A stretch of DNA of 64,000 bases from Trichosphaerium sp. ATCC 40318 (GCA_038496445.1 JALMLS010000215.1:62001-126000); one strand, 5' to 3'; positions 51,001-63,366 are shown, counted from the stretch's first letter. The notes: generated from the letters alone by a model not told the origin. A program made the numbers and translations.

Positions 51001-54000
51001 AAAAGAGCGGAAGAGCATTTGGAAGAGCACATACACGTACATAAAAAACCCACACACTTGACTTTTTAACTTATACTTTCTTCACAGGTGAGGAATACTT
51101 TAGTGTGATAAAGTCGCTTGAATTCACGTACTGCTATACAGTCAATATTTAACAGAAGCTTAATCTTTGCTATTAGGCGAACGGAGCAGTATTTGATATT
51201 AAAGTTGTTTCAGAATCAGAACGCCTATTTAATGGGTGGAATGAAAGACCAAGTTGTTGATATTGCTGTTGGTGAAGACTTTCTTATATGTCTTACAGTT
51301 GATGGTAAAGTAATGGCTAGTGGTAACAATAACGTTGGCCAACTGGGTAGATTCTGTCCATCGTACGTACTCCATCAATAACAACAAAAAATCATCTTAC
51401 TTTACAAACAGAATTGGAGCAGCAAGTGTCATGTTAAAGGTAAGACAGCTTAATAATTATTTCCTCTTCATTGTTTCTTTAACTAAATTATTGTGTTTTA
51501 GGGTCTTCCTTCCAAATTTATTTGTGTATCAGGTGAGCTTAAAGATAGATAAAATAAGAAAATCCAAAACATAGTTTTTCGCTAACTGTTTTCATCAAGA
51601 TATGATACCTGAGGATGAAATAATTGTTAAAATTCAAGCATCTGAAACCCGTGCATTTGCGCTATCTGCTACAGGAAAATTATACCAGTGGGGAGGGTAC
51701 ATATCCCATCAAGTTCGATTTTGTGCTAAGTTTTCTTCATTTAGGACCCTGTTTGCACCAACTTCATGTATGCCTTCAAACTTGGGAACAATCAATGACT
51801 TTGCATGTGGAGAACACGTGGTGATGACATACTTTGGGGATACACCAAAACCAGTTGATGGTACGCCAAATCCTTCTAGAAGAGCTTAAAATTCTTTATC
51901 TTTGATCTTCGATTTGTTACAACTTACATCCTTGTTTAAGTGTCTCACTTGACAGATTCGCAAGTGGTTGATGACATGCCAATGTTCCAAGAAAGAAAAG
52001 TGTTTGAAATTAACGCAACAGAAAGTGAAGGTAAATTGCGGTTGTTTGAGATCACGTGCTGCGTAGATGTTGTTTTTTTTTTGTTTTTGTAACCGAAATT
52101 ATAGATGGAACTGTCAAGCTAGAATGGTTCCCTCCATCAGATTGGGATACTACCAAATCTATTTCTGAAAGGTTGGTAATTACTCCAGCTGATCATGAGA
52201 TTGATCTTACAAATGTCACGGACAATATGTATGTAACATGTGCGTATCTTTTTGATTGAACAAAAAATCTAAACTATTTTAACTCACTACTTCTCACAGC
52301 ATCTATTATACTACGTGGTCAGTCTATAGGTTGTACTTTTCTTGATCCACACGGAGACGTTGAGGAGATATTGAAAAGATCTACGGTACGTGTTCTATTC
52401 TTGAAACAAGCTCTTCAACTGAGTTTTTTGTAAAAAGGGCGTTGTTGAAAATATATGGCAACTACCAGTCATCAACACATGTCCTCCTGGGCGTAAATCA
52501 ATAGCTACATATATAGTCGAAGTAACAGAAGATGATGGATCAGTGGTGTTCAAGAGCATGGCTACATCGAAGATATTTCAAACAAAATTCACAGCCAAAG
52601 GCACGTTTGGTTAAACAAAGACTTCTGTGAATCAACAAAGCACATGTGGTTATCTCATCCTTACTCATGTATTGAATTTAGATTTAATAGACGTTTCGGT
52701 TGATAGTCTAAAAGTGGAGCCAATGAGTAAAGCTATGGTGACTTTTGATGTAAAATTTGCAGCACCTGTATCAAGTTGCATTATTATAAGGTACATAACA
52801 CGCTCACCCCTAGAAACATTCAGTCAACTGGATGTAAGTTTATTATAAAGAGATGTCAAAGTATTTTGAAAAAACACACGTATCACGTGACTCCTCTTTG
52901 GAAGCAAACTTTTTGTTGTTTTTTTTGTGTTGTTTGTTTATAAAGCGCTAGGCAGAATGAAATGAATATGAACATTTACATGATTTCAATGACTCAAAGG
53001 AAGGGTAAACAAGAATTCACAGCACACTCTGAAGGTAAAATTAAAAAAAGAATCTTAGCGCTCTAAATTAAATCATACATTAATTCGTTCTTTGATAGGA
53101 ACATACAACATCTATTATGGTGTGATGGACTTCTACAAGCTTAAGATTAACCCAACAGATTGTTATTCAATGTACTATGATACTGGGATTACAATAAGAT
53201 GTCGTGGGCCACGATTAGGTACAATACAGATAAACCAAAGCTTGTACTAACAAATCTTTACAATAGATTTTGGAGATGTCTCTGTAAAATTCTCTTTCGA
53301 AGAAAACAAAGCAGAACCATTATCTTTTGAAACAGTGTATTGGACTTTATCACAAACAGCAATAATGAGACCTCAATATGATCGATTTGAAATATTCATT
53401 AAATCTGATGGTAGTAGCATTACTTCCTGGCCGATCAAGAATCCTGAGGTACAAATCAAAGAAAACCAATAGTAGGCTTTACCTTTGTATCTCATTTTTT
53501 TCTTCTTCAGGACAAGCACGAGTTTAAAGTACCAGTAAAGGAAGGCGAATACGTATTGAAAGTTATAACAAAAAACCAAATGAGTACGTCTTTGTACCAC
53601 CTTTGTAACCATTAAGTCTTATTAAAATACTCTATTTTAATAGTGCAAGATGACATTCTCGATTCTTGGGAGTTTATTGTCCAAAACAAAGATACCAAAG
53701 AACAAACACAAGATCCTCAAGTATGACCTTTTAGTTGACTGCCCAAGAACAGATTTTAACATACTTTTAGATGGTAGCAGTCTCAAACCCTGCAAACATT
53801 GTCATTGATAACTCCCAGTTTCCAACAAGTTGGAAGGATTTTCTTTCACAATGTGGTCTTGATGACAATCGTGTTAATATCCTATCTCCTAACTTCTCAA
53901 AGAATTTACAAGTGGCTGATTGGCAGATTCTTGATGCTTTAATTCTTGAGAAATTTGGCGTAACAAGCTTTTCTGAGCAACTCTTAATCCTACGTAAAGT

Positions 54001-54197
54001 ACGCTTCATGCCTTAGCTCTTTTTTGTCACGTGATCTTTTAGTAGTTTTAGAGGTGGCCTTTTAGCGGTTGGCCGTTAATAGTTTACTGTTTTGTTAGCT
54101 AAGCCGGTACTGGATCATTACTTCCTAACATATATAACTACAGGTTAACACTTTGAAGAAGCTTGAGTATATCCTTATAATGAAGGCAATGAAATAA
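42088..54197 (+). CDS. Very large multi-exon Clu-domain protein with a Tyr-rich acidic linker, TPR-like region, RCC1 repeats, beta-sandwich region and C-terminal SAM-like domain
   Basis: Clu motifs WNSEFQ...KTIKPVNVGGIAGGEKY...GIFFKFA...AGHELNGL...DYKGYRLIA...LIYGSANGG...GPVDIEGHKGKDGRYYVLDTARIYPP; PLSSDAF; RCC1 IYTWGKNDIGQLGLGD and VMASGNNNVGQLG; SAM-like SWKDFLSQCGL...LEKFGVTSFSEQLLIL. Start approximate. Confidence 0.85.
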
Positions 54198-54632
54198 GCA
54201 TTGGTTTGGAACCCATACTTAATAGATTATTTTTGTTTAAATTGTGTGAATGTTTCAATAAAATCTCTAGATCACAAATATTTTTTGACTAAACTAAAAC
54301 TACAAACCACGTAATCAACTGCTTCAATGACTTATTTGAACACCAGAAACGACAAAGCTACCTTTTCACTGTTACACCTGGCAATTTCCAAGGTAAACGT
54401 ATGACACCTGAAAGTACTTTAACTGTGTGCAGTGTTTCTAGCTGAATCTCGTCACTTGCCAGTGCTTTTATACCATCTGTTATACTTTGCAGTACTACTA
54501 GACACTATTCAAACAAGTTAAATATGTGATATTACAAGCCTTAGCGCTGTTTGATATTGCAACTTTTTCAAGTATGCAATTTATTAATTTTATTCGGAAA
54601 GCTTTGTAGCAAAGGCGCAATAATAATGTTAA

Positions 54633-54706
54633 AGCCTATGACGGGGCTCGAACCCGCGGCCATTAGCTTAAAAGGCTAACGCTCTACCTAACTGAGCTAC
54701 ATAGGC
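54633..54706 (-). tRNA. tRNA-Lys (anticodon TTT)
   Basis: GCCTATG/CATAGGC acceptor stem; D-arm GCTC-AGTTAGGTA-GAGC; anticodon arm TTAGC-CTTTTAA-GCTAA; T-arm GCGGG-TTCGAGC-CCCGT; no intron. Confidence 0.96.
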
Positions 54707-54986
54707 TTTGATGTGATTATTAAATAGATATTTATCATATCTTTAACTTTTTAAGTAAATACAACCCTGTCGCTCGATGGAAGCCATTGATAGTCAATAG
54801 AACTTTGTTCAGGAGCATTACCCCAACATACAGAGCCTGTATAGTTGGCACACTTGTTTATCTTGTCAACCGCCTTAACATAATGCAACTTAAAATTGTT
54901 TCAAAAACACTACCTACTTGTTCAAAAAAGAACATGTAACGTATTGTCAACACGAATCTTGACCGGGAATAAAGTAAAGTTCAGTT

Positions 54987-57900
54987 TTATAATACTTTAT
55001 TGATACAAATAACATAGTGGAAGAAGCGTAACTATTTACTTCTCATGAAATCAAAGTTGATTGTACTTATTATTAATATGCTTTAACTTTCTTTTGTTTC
55101 TGAATTGTACTAACTTCCAATGAAAGTATATAACCACACTAATGGCTAGTATGGATCCAATAATACCTACAAGGATATACGCCCATAAAGGAATATTAAA
55201 ACCTCCTCTGGAACGACATTCACTAATACTGAAAGCCAGTGCAACTCTTGTTTCTTCATATCTTATCGCAGATTTCGGTGAACTTTACAAAAAAACAAAT
55301 CATAAACATCACGTGATAAACATCTGTAATTGTACTAAAATAAACGCACTTGCACGAGTCATCTTCTAGTAGTATATTTACGGTTTCAATTTCTCCTTCA
55401 ATGCATCCTGCATTGGAATGGATTAGAGTTACTTCATTCATTGAAACACTTTCTTCTTTTGACACATTAACAACAAGTGCACTTGAAGAGTCAAAGTTTA
55501 CACATCCTACAAGAATATAAATATATACCACCTAACTATGCGGTTGTGGTACGTGCCTGTTACATTAATAGCAGCTCCTGGAAGTACTGTAACAGTATTA
55601 TTAAACGTAACATCACCAACAACTATTATTGTTTCAGTAATATTAAGCACCTCAGTGCTTGGTATGTCTGTTCCGTTTATAACCCATACGCTCGTGTTTT
55701 CTGTTTCATCAATAGTACACGTAGCAGTTGATTGGGGCGTAGGACAGGAACAAACTGTATCAGTGCAGTCTAAGAGAAAGTTAAAACAAACAATTCACGT
55801 CATAAAATAATAAAACGAACCTGGTTTGTCTCCAACAAGAGATATCTCAACAAAGAACATACTTGGTGTTTCATGTAAAGGAAGTGTTATACCTCCATCT
55901 ACGTAGGTGTAAGTATTACAATACGGCACAAGACGGTACCAAAAGTAAGCTTCGTTTTAGTCGGAATATTATCGTTCTTTCTGTATTCTCCGATTACAAA
56001 TATCCTCGTAGGGTCTTTCTTATTAAATACAGCAGCTTGACCTTTTAGGATTATACTAATTAGCTTCTTTAAAATAAGGTAACAACGTACCCTGTAATAT
56101 TACATCAGGATAACCAATATTAATCCTTTGTGTAACACTGCCCGATTTGGAAAGTACAGCTACTACGATATCTTGTACTCCTTTTGCTTTTGTGGGACTT
56201 TCATCGCCTGGAACTGCGAAATAACGTCCTATGGATGTTCCAACTATAACATACTCATCTTCAAAGCTATGTATAGTATGGAAATGAATATTACTATCAA
56301 TCCTACAACCCATTAACAAACTGAACGCAAACGAAAAAATAGCGCACTTTGCTTGCAATGTAGAATTCTGTGTAAATGTTGGTAGATGCCATAAATCAAT
56401 AGATTTTGTACTACAACGTATATGTTATACACCATGCTACTGAACTTAGTGACAATAGACTAGACATACCTCACTTCAGTTTTTGAATGCATTCTTTTAG
56501 CAACAAGAGCATAAACAGAATCATCAGAAATTGCAGCATGAGGTCCTTTCAAAAGAGTTAAGAAAACCGGTTGTAATATTACGCATACCTGGTCTATATT
56601 TTCCAGACAGCGTGAATGAACTTCCGTTAAAATGACCGTCTGTTGTCCAACTACAAAAAAGCGTTAAGGAATACACAAAACATGAAAAATACATACAAGT
56701 TTTGAAAGCTTATGCCTTCTTTTGTAGAAGCTCCAAGAAGCTCCTTTACATATTTAACACCCCTTATATACCGTCTTGAAGAGAAAAGTATATTCTTAGA
56801 TGTAGAGTATCCATATACCCAAACCTTATTACCAACTAGAAAGAGAAATAAGTGCAAAGTACTTTTCAAGAAAGAAAAAAAACACAAGAAAAAAAATAAC
56901 TGTTTTGCAGTACGTACGTAGCTTAATATCATACAACACAGTAAAAGTTGAAAAAGTTATGCTACCAACTCCCCCAAAATGTGAAGGAATACGCTTACTA
57001 GTCAAAGTGTTTATGCCCATCCAAAAACCCTGTACAAGGAAAAAAATTACCAAAATATTGTGAAACAGAACAAAAACAGAGTTTTTTCACGCTTTGGTAC
57101 CCTTTTTAATTTCTCAAAGTATGCTTCACCACATATATATGCAGTATTGTCATCACTTATATCAATACCTACAAGAAAGAATGAGTACAAGACACGCTAG
57201 ACACAAAAATTTGCTAACCGAAAATTCTATGTTTGTTGATAGTGAAATTCCCCATAAGCACCCCGTCAAAGCTTATCCTGTACATGAATCCATAGTACTC
57301 TAGAAAGGCATAAGCAACAAGGACTATTATCGAAAATAATGAATTTGGAATTCTATACACTCGCAATTTAGGCTTGAAGGTTCCTAAACGTTGTGTACAA
57401 CTCTTGTAAGTATATACAAACGTATAAAACGAAAGACGCATTTTAGAAACAAATATTCAAAAAACGGCAAAAGTGCGTTGAAAACGCTCGTTTTGGAAAG
57501 TTTTGTACTAGTTTGCTCAAACAACTGTCTTCGTTTTATGTACCTTTGTTTTCTAACCATCCAACAACGTATATGAGTTTATTGGTGCTATCAATTTTCA
57601 TTTGGGATGGCTGGATGACGGATGAGCCTGTAGTCTCGTATATACTTTCAAAACCTATTTTGCGCGTTATTGTTAACTATTTCAACGCTCAGCAAACCAA
57701 AACAAGGACTGTTACAAAAAGTTGACTGCACAAATGCGATTAGACCTTCAACGTACTCTCTTGTCCGATTTTATGAATATGAAGCGTTTTTGATTCATTT
57801 GAGGTGCTCACAGCTGAAAAACAATTAAACCTACAAACGATTATTATGGTGTACCGAACACTTCATTGGTTTCAGAACTATCGAGTAAGATTGCCTTTTT

Positions 57901-58025
57901 TTCTGCTGTGCCAAACGCCCTCAATACCGAAGCACTACAACCTAAACAACATGAGCTTGCGTATGAGGAATGTTATTAGACGTACATAACAGCACACAAC
58001 TAAAACAAAACCAAAAGGGGCTCAT
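54987..58025 (-). CDS. Single-pass membrane protein with beta-propeller-like ectodomain (multi-exon)
   Basis: Signal-like MSPFWFCFSCVLYCFG; blades such as KIDSTNKLIYVVGW, NKVWVYGYSTS, VIVGTSIG...GVQDIVVAVLSKSG; Cys-containing juxtamembrane region; TM IPLWAYILVGIIGSILAISVVIL. Confidence 0.65.
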
Positions 58026-58214
58026 TGTCGAAATGGGCAGCGTCAAACGCAGTGAGCGGTGATTATCCCCTCTTCGGCCTGGCAGTTACAATTTCATCCA
58101 GATTTTCGGTGACTTTGCCTCTCTTGCTTCATTCATTGTTACGGATTACGAATAGCACGTAAACACAACACCCTGTCTACGTTATTCAGTTCAGCACCGT
58201 TATTAAGTTAAACG

Positions 58215-59490
58215 ATGTTCGCTCGCGTAAGATAGTCTCTTTTTTACTGTACACTGATGTAATACAGTTTGCTGCGCGTAATGCGCGTCATACGGCCCAA
58301 GTGAGTGGTGCTAAGTTTAAACAGTGGCGGTATTACAGTAAACATGACAAAAGCAAACGGGAACAACAGGAGATGAACCAAGCAAGAACCAGAACAAGAA
58401 CAAGGCAAGAAATTAGATTATGCCGTTGAGTTGAACTTACACCAACGTTAGGTTTACTGGAACGAACATTAATCGCCTATACTGGCTCGGAACAACTGCT
58501 GTCACTATGTTTGGTGTCACATACTGTTTCATACCTTTGTACAGGATATTTTGTCAAGCAACAGGCTTCGGAGGCGCACAAACAGGTAATGTAGAGGGAT
58601 AATCGCCGTTTTTATTAACTTGAAACAATGTTTTCTTCAAAGCGCGTAACTACGCGTGAAAGCGTTATTATAACGTATCACAAGCTTTTCCTACTGTTCT
58701 TAAACTAACCTGAACCCAGCTGAAAATAAACCAGCGCCACACATGATAGATGTTGACAGAGAGTTTAAAGTAGATTTTGTATGCGATGCAGCTAATGGAT
58801 TACGTTGGGATTTCGATGTACGTCAGTTGCGCGTGCCAAAGAACCCCAAAAACTTCATTTTTCGGATTTTTTTTCAAATTAGCTCTAACCACTCGTCTAG
58901 GCACTTCAAGAAAGTGTAACTGTTCTCCCAGGAGAAACAACACTAGCTTTCTATCGTGTTACAAATCATGAGGATGAAGCAATTATTGGTATGTGGAAAA
59001 CACGTTTTTTATTAAATGGATATTTTTTCTTATTTTTTTCAGCTTTTTGTTTTTAGTAACCCCTCTTTTAGGTATTGCTTCGTATAATGTATTTCCTTAT
59101 GAAGCTGGTAAATATTTTACAAAGATTCAGTGTTTTTGCTTTGAAGAACAGAGAATAGGGGCTCACGAAACAGTTGATTTGCCTGTTTTCTTTTATATCG
59201 GTAAGTTTTTTTGTAGCTTTGTTCGTTTTATTGACCTTTGTTTGTTAGACCAAGAGGCTATACGTGATCCTGCTCTTGCAAAAGTACACGAGATTGTCCT
59301 CTCTTATTCATTCTGGAAGTCTCAAGACCAAGATTTCCTTGATGAGTTCGAAGATAACTTTGCAAATCAAGATATTCAATTAAATAGTAAAATTTATGGA
59401 AAACTTAAAAAAGAATATGTACCTACATCACGTGCACCTGACTTGGATGAGAACTCAATTGCACAAATCAAAGCACAACTAATGGGATAG
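58215..59490 (+). CDS. COX11: Cytochrome c oxidase copper chaperone COX11
   Basis: Presequence MFARFAARNAR; TM followed by PLYRIFCQATGFGG; VLPGETTLAFYRVTN; GIASYNVFPYEAGKYFTKIQCFCFEEQR; VDLPVFFYID; IVLSYSF. Confidence 0.96.
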
Positions 59491-59881
59491 TTTGGATACA
59501 CTATCTCCCTTTTTTTTACCTGTACTCTATACTTGGTATACGTTATAACAGTAAACTCTTATTCATTGTAAATAATAAACAACTTTTCCGCTTTTTTTTG
59601 TATGCAAGTCAGTCGTTTAACATCATTTTTCAGAGTGCCTTTCAAATGGTACAGACCAACTGGAGGACAAAAAGTTCACTGACTTGGAAGAGTAATTTAG
59701 TTAAATCTAACATACTTTTAGTGCAAGTTAGCGCTTGGATATTCCAAAGTCCATACAAGTACTGTAGCAGTATTGAACATAGCCATAAACTGTCAACTTG
59801 AGGATCTATGAACAACCTAAAACTATCTACAGTTATCGCCAAGGCGAACGTCGCTATCGAACAATTGCTGAGTTGTTAAGG

Positions 59882-60015
59882 GTGAGCATAAGACTCGAAT
59901 CTAGTTGAGTTGTATTTAACTCAAGATGTGGACAACGAATGCATGCGAGAGGGCTCTGTTCGCTTTCATTCGGCCCCGTCGCTTTTCTCGGGATAAGAAC
60001 CCGAGCATTACTCAC
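59882..60015 (-). ncRNA. Candidate structured non-coding RNA (unassigned)
   Basis: GC-richer intergenic island; closing stem GUGAGUA/UGCUCAC enclosing three hairpins; G-U pairs favour the minus strand. Confidence 0.35.
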
Positions 60016-60804
60016 AAAGTAAGCCAATGGGTGTGGCGTGAATATCGATAAAATAATTCGAACTAGATTAGAACAAGACGTTCGAACAATCAGTCTGCCT
60101 TTAAATCCTGAACATTAAATATCATCTTGACTATCTACTACTTGTTGAATTTCAATGGGAGTGTTCAATATAAAGGTGATCGTTAATAATGATCACGAAG
60201 GTTGCAACAATAGTTTATAGAAACAAGAATTCTAGAACATTGTTTTTCTTATAAGAAGATTGGCTTCGAGATTTGGCGTGTTTACCCAAACAGTCCGGGT
60301 TCTTACTAATTCGAGATATCACGCGATTTATTTATGTCCCTTAAGAAAACAAATTACAATCGTTAGCGCTGTGTTCACAATTAGTCTACGAACGAAAATT
60401 GTAAACTGTTTTTTTACTATTTTCAGAACTTCCGTGGCTTCTCCGTCTTTCTCCAGGTAACAACTGGTTAGTTACAAGGAAAATGCTGTGTTTAGCCTTG
60501 TAATTTATGCGCGGGTAGAAAAAAAATGAGTTTTCTTCACGCGCCATCGCACGGTGTCTTGAATTGTAAAAAATGACAATATCCTAAGGACCAAATTCTA
60601 CACTTTTGTACCAGCAATACAACGTAACCAACAACTCCTTCAGAACGCCTCAACTCCATTTAACAAATGTACGATCTTTCTTCTTTGTTCAGAGTACCAT
60701 CTTAAACAGAAAGTTGAATTTTATGCTGTGGAAGCAACCTTCAGGGTTTTTTTAGATTATTTGGGGTTTTGTGGTTTACTAAGTTTAGGTCTAACTCTTA
60801 CATA

Positions 60805-61262
60805 ATGAAATTTCTAGCAGTATTAGTCGTTATTGTATTTGCAAGTTCTTCAAACGGTAAAGGGACAGTTCCATGAACCATACAGCTTACTTCCTCATAG
60901 GACAGTCAACACCACCACCAACAACTACAGTGACACCTGTATCAACAGAACCTCCTATGTCAACAGAGCCTCCAGTGTCAACGGAGCCTCCAATGTCTAC
61001 AGAACCGCCCATGTCTACAGAACCACCAATGTCAACGGAACCTCCAATGACAACACTGCCACCAACAACTACAGCACCAGTACCTCCAACAACTGAAACA
61101 CCAGCTACATTGCCGCCTGTCACAGCGCCTCCAACAACTGCAGCACCAGTACCTCCAACAACTGACAGTCCAACAACAAGCCCACCAGTAGTACCAAGTG
61201 CAGCTTTTTCAATCGTTTCTGTCTTTCTACTTGGATTTTTTGCCGCTTTAATCACCATGTGA
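60805..61262 (+). CDS. Small GPI-anchored mucin-like protein (2 exons, STEPPM repeats)
   Basis: MKFLAVLVVIVFASSSN|GQSTPPPTT; 18-nt STEPP(M/V) repeats; hydrophobic C-terminus AFSIVSVFLLGFFAALITM*. Confidence 0.88.
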
Positions 61263-61334
61263 ATGTCGCTACTAATAAAAAAAACTGACAGCCGCGTTTA
61301 TGAAACTAAAACCTTTATTTATTAAATGCTTCAC

Positions 61335-63047
61335 TCAAGAGCAGCCAGTTTGGCCCATATTGAAGTATTTAGCAGCTGTCTCTGATCTCCAGTCTTTTCC
61401 AATAGGTTCGAGAGAGACCTTAATACGGAATCCAGTTCCAGAATGTCCATTTGTTGGTACTGTAACCTAAGGGGTTTGTTAATATTTGCTATAAAGGTTA
61501 ACAAGAAACGTACTGTTTTAGATCCAGATCCTTGGTTCACACGCACTTCCTTGTGAGATCTATACGAACCACCAGTAGTAAATAATGAAACACCTGGTAT
61601 TTTATCAGAATTAAATAAGAAAGAACCAAAAAAATCACGTGATTCTTTTTTGCAGAACAACGTACGTAAGTCTTGGTTAGTAGCTGTTGTATAATCAACT
61701 TTAACAGTGAATGAAGATCCTGAAATCCTAGTGACTGTTTGTCTTAAGCATACTTGGTTTGACGGTCCGGCAGAACAACTTGTGGATATTTCAAAATCGC
61801 CAAAGTAAAGGTATTGAGTACTTGAAGGAGCCCAGCTTGTACCACCTGAAAAAAAAAAGAGAAGGTTAATCTACGAAAAGGGTGTAAAAAAGAAAGAAAA
61901 AGAGGTACCTCCAAAGAAGGTGTTGAAGAATATTCCTTTGTGTTTTATGTTATCATTTCGTCTCCATTTAAGGTTACTCTGATCGGTCTTTAGTACTCCA
62001 TCAAGCCATACCCGCGCGCGACCGTTAGAGCTTGATCCAGTATTTAATTGAATTTCTTGTTTCAAAGTGTGGTATCTGTTATCATCTGGAAAACGCCATT
62101 TGCCTCTTCCGAGAGATTTGCCATAGTTAGGATCGCAATGATTCTCAGGGCGATTACATACACTAAAACGCACAGATTACTTGATTGCAAAAAAGTAAAA
62201 TCTACGCACGTGTTAGATGGATAAGGCATGTATCCGTAAATTTCTCCATCACCATCTCTGCCTAAATAAAAAGTTAGTACAAATCGTTTTTAGACTTTTT
62301 CTTACGCCACATAAACCTAGCAGAATAGCAATTTCCTGGTTGATTACCGCCACTACATTGAGAGTTTAGGTTTGTGCTTCCAGTAGTGCCATAGAGACCA
62401 GGTAATTTTCCACCACGATTAAACTCGAAGTTGCTTGGTACTTTTATCTTGTAACTAAAACTAGTGAGCACAAGATCGGTGTACTGGTACAAGTCAAGCC
62501 AGCAATAAAATGTCAAAATAGCAGCCAGAAAACACGCGATGGTCATGCTATACGCATAGAAAACGTATCACAATCGCTGTCGCAAAAGGGAAAGCAAAAG
62601 AACTGTAGTCGGGCTTTCTGAACACCCGATTGAAACAAAACAAGCGAGTTTTACGCCCAAACGTGTTATTTCGATGCTATTTAGCGTACCTGAGGCATAT
62701 TGTACGATGTGAAGAAATGTCAACCGGTACAGCAAGCATCCATACTCCACTAGCAGCAGCATGACCCTTAAAAAAATGTTAAAAAACTATCACGTGGTAT
62801 AACGCGCTTGCGCTACTAGCGCCTTTTTTTAACTTACTGGAGCGTATTTTACGCGTAGTTTATCACCTTCTACGATAGTACCACCGCCTGGTGCACTTCT
62901 TTGCTCTATACCGCCATGTTCTACATTCCAGTTTGATTGCCAGTTACCACCAAAGCCTCCTGTCCAAAGCGTCGCAGAACTCGCAATTTGGACGAGACTT
63001 ATGACAATAACAAGTGTCGTTATAAGTTGTGTTGTTGATTTACGCAT
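61335..63047 (-). CDS. Secreted polysaccharide lyase family 14 protein with a C-terminal beta-sandwich module
   Basis: Signal peptide; LRVKYAPG; LSYKIKVPSNFEFNRGGKLPGLYG; CYSARFMWRRDGDGEIYGY; YGKSLGRGKWRF; NGRARVWLDG; GIFFNTFFGGGTSWAP. Confidence 0.9.
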
Positions 63048-63300
63048 TATTAGTGCCAACACGTGGTTTTTGGTACTTTTCCGAAGATGGGGTGTGGTGT
63101 TTATGGAGCGATATCTAAAATATGGACAACTAGCGAACTAAACTATGTGATTGACTCACTTTAGCAAGTATAGCGCGCTGAGTGTGTAGGGGTATAGACT
63201 TTATCCTTAGACATGTTTATGTATCTGAGCTGTAGACAATTTCGCAATACTAGAAAATTCACACAAGAATCTAGTTTACAAATCACGTTTTCAAAACCCA

Positions 63301-63366
63301 CTTCATATGGTACAGCGGTGGTGACTTATACCATATGAAGGCAGCTGTACCATATGAAGGCAGCTG
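63301..63366. repeat. 16-bp perfect inverted repeat overlapping a 19-bp tandem duplication
   Basis: cttcatatggtacagc (63301-63316) vs gctgtaccatatgaag (63344-63359); taccatatgaaggcagctg occurs twice (63329-63366). Confidence 0.8.

Noticed and set aside
58419-58482. Non-canonical AT-AC or GC-AT intron in COX11
   Set aside because: A 47-nt GC-AG intron (58405-58451) restores the frame, and no U12 ATATCC consensus is present
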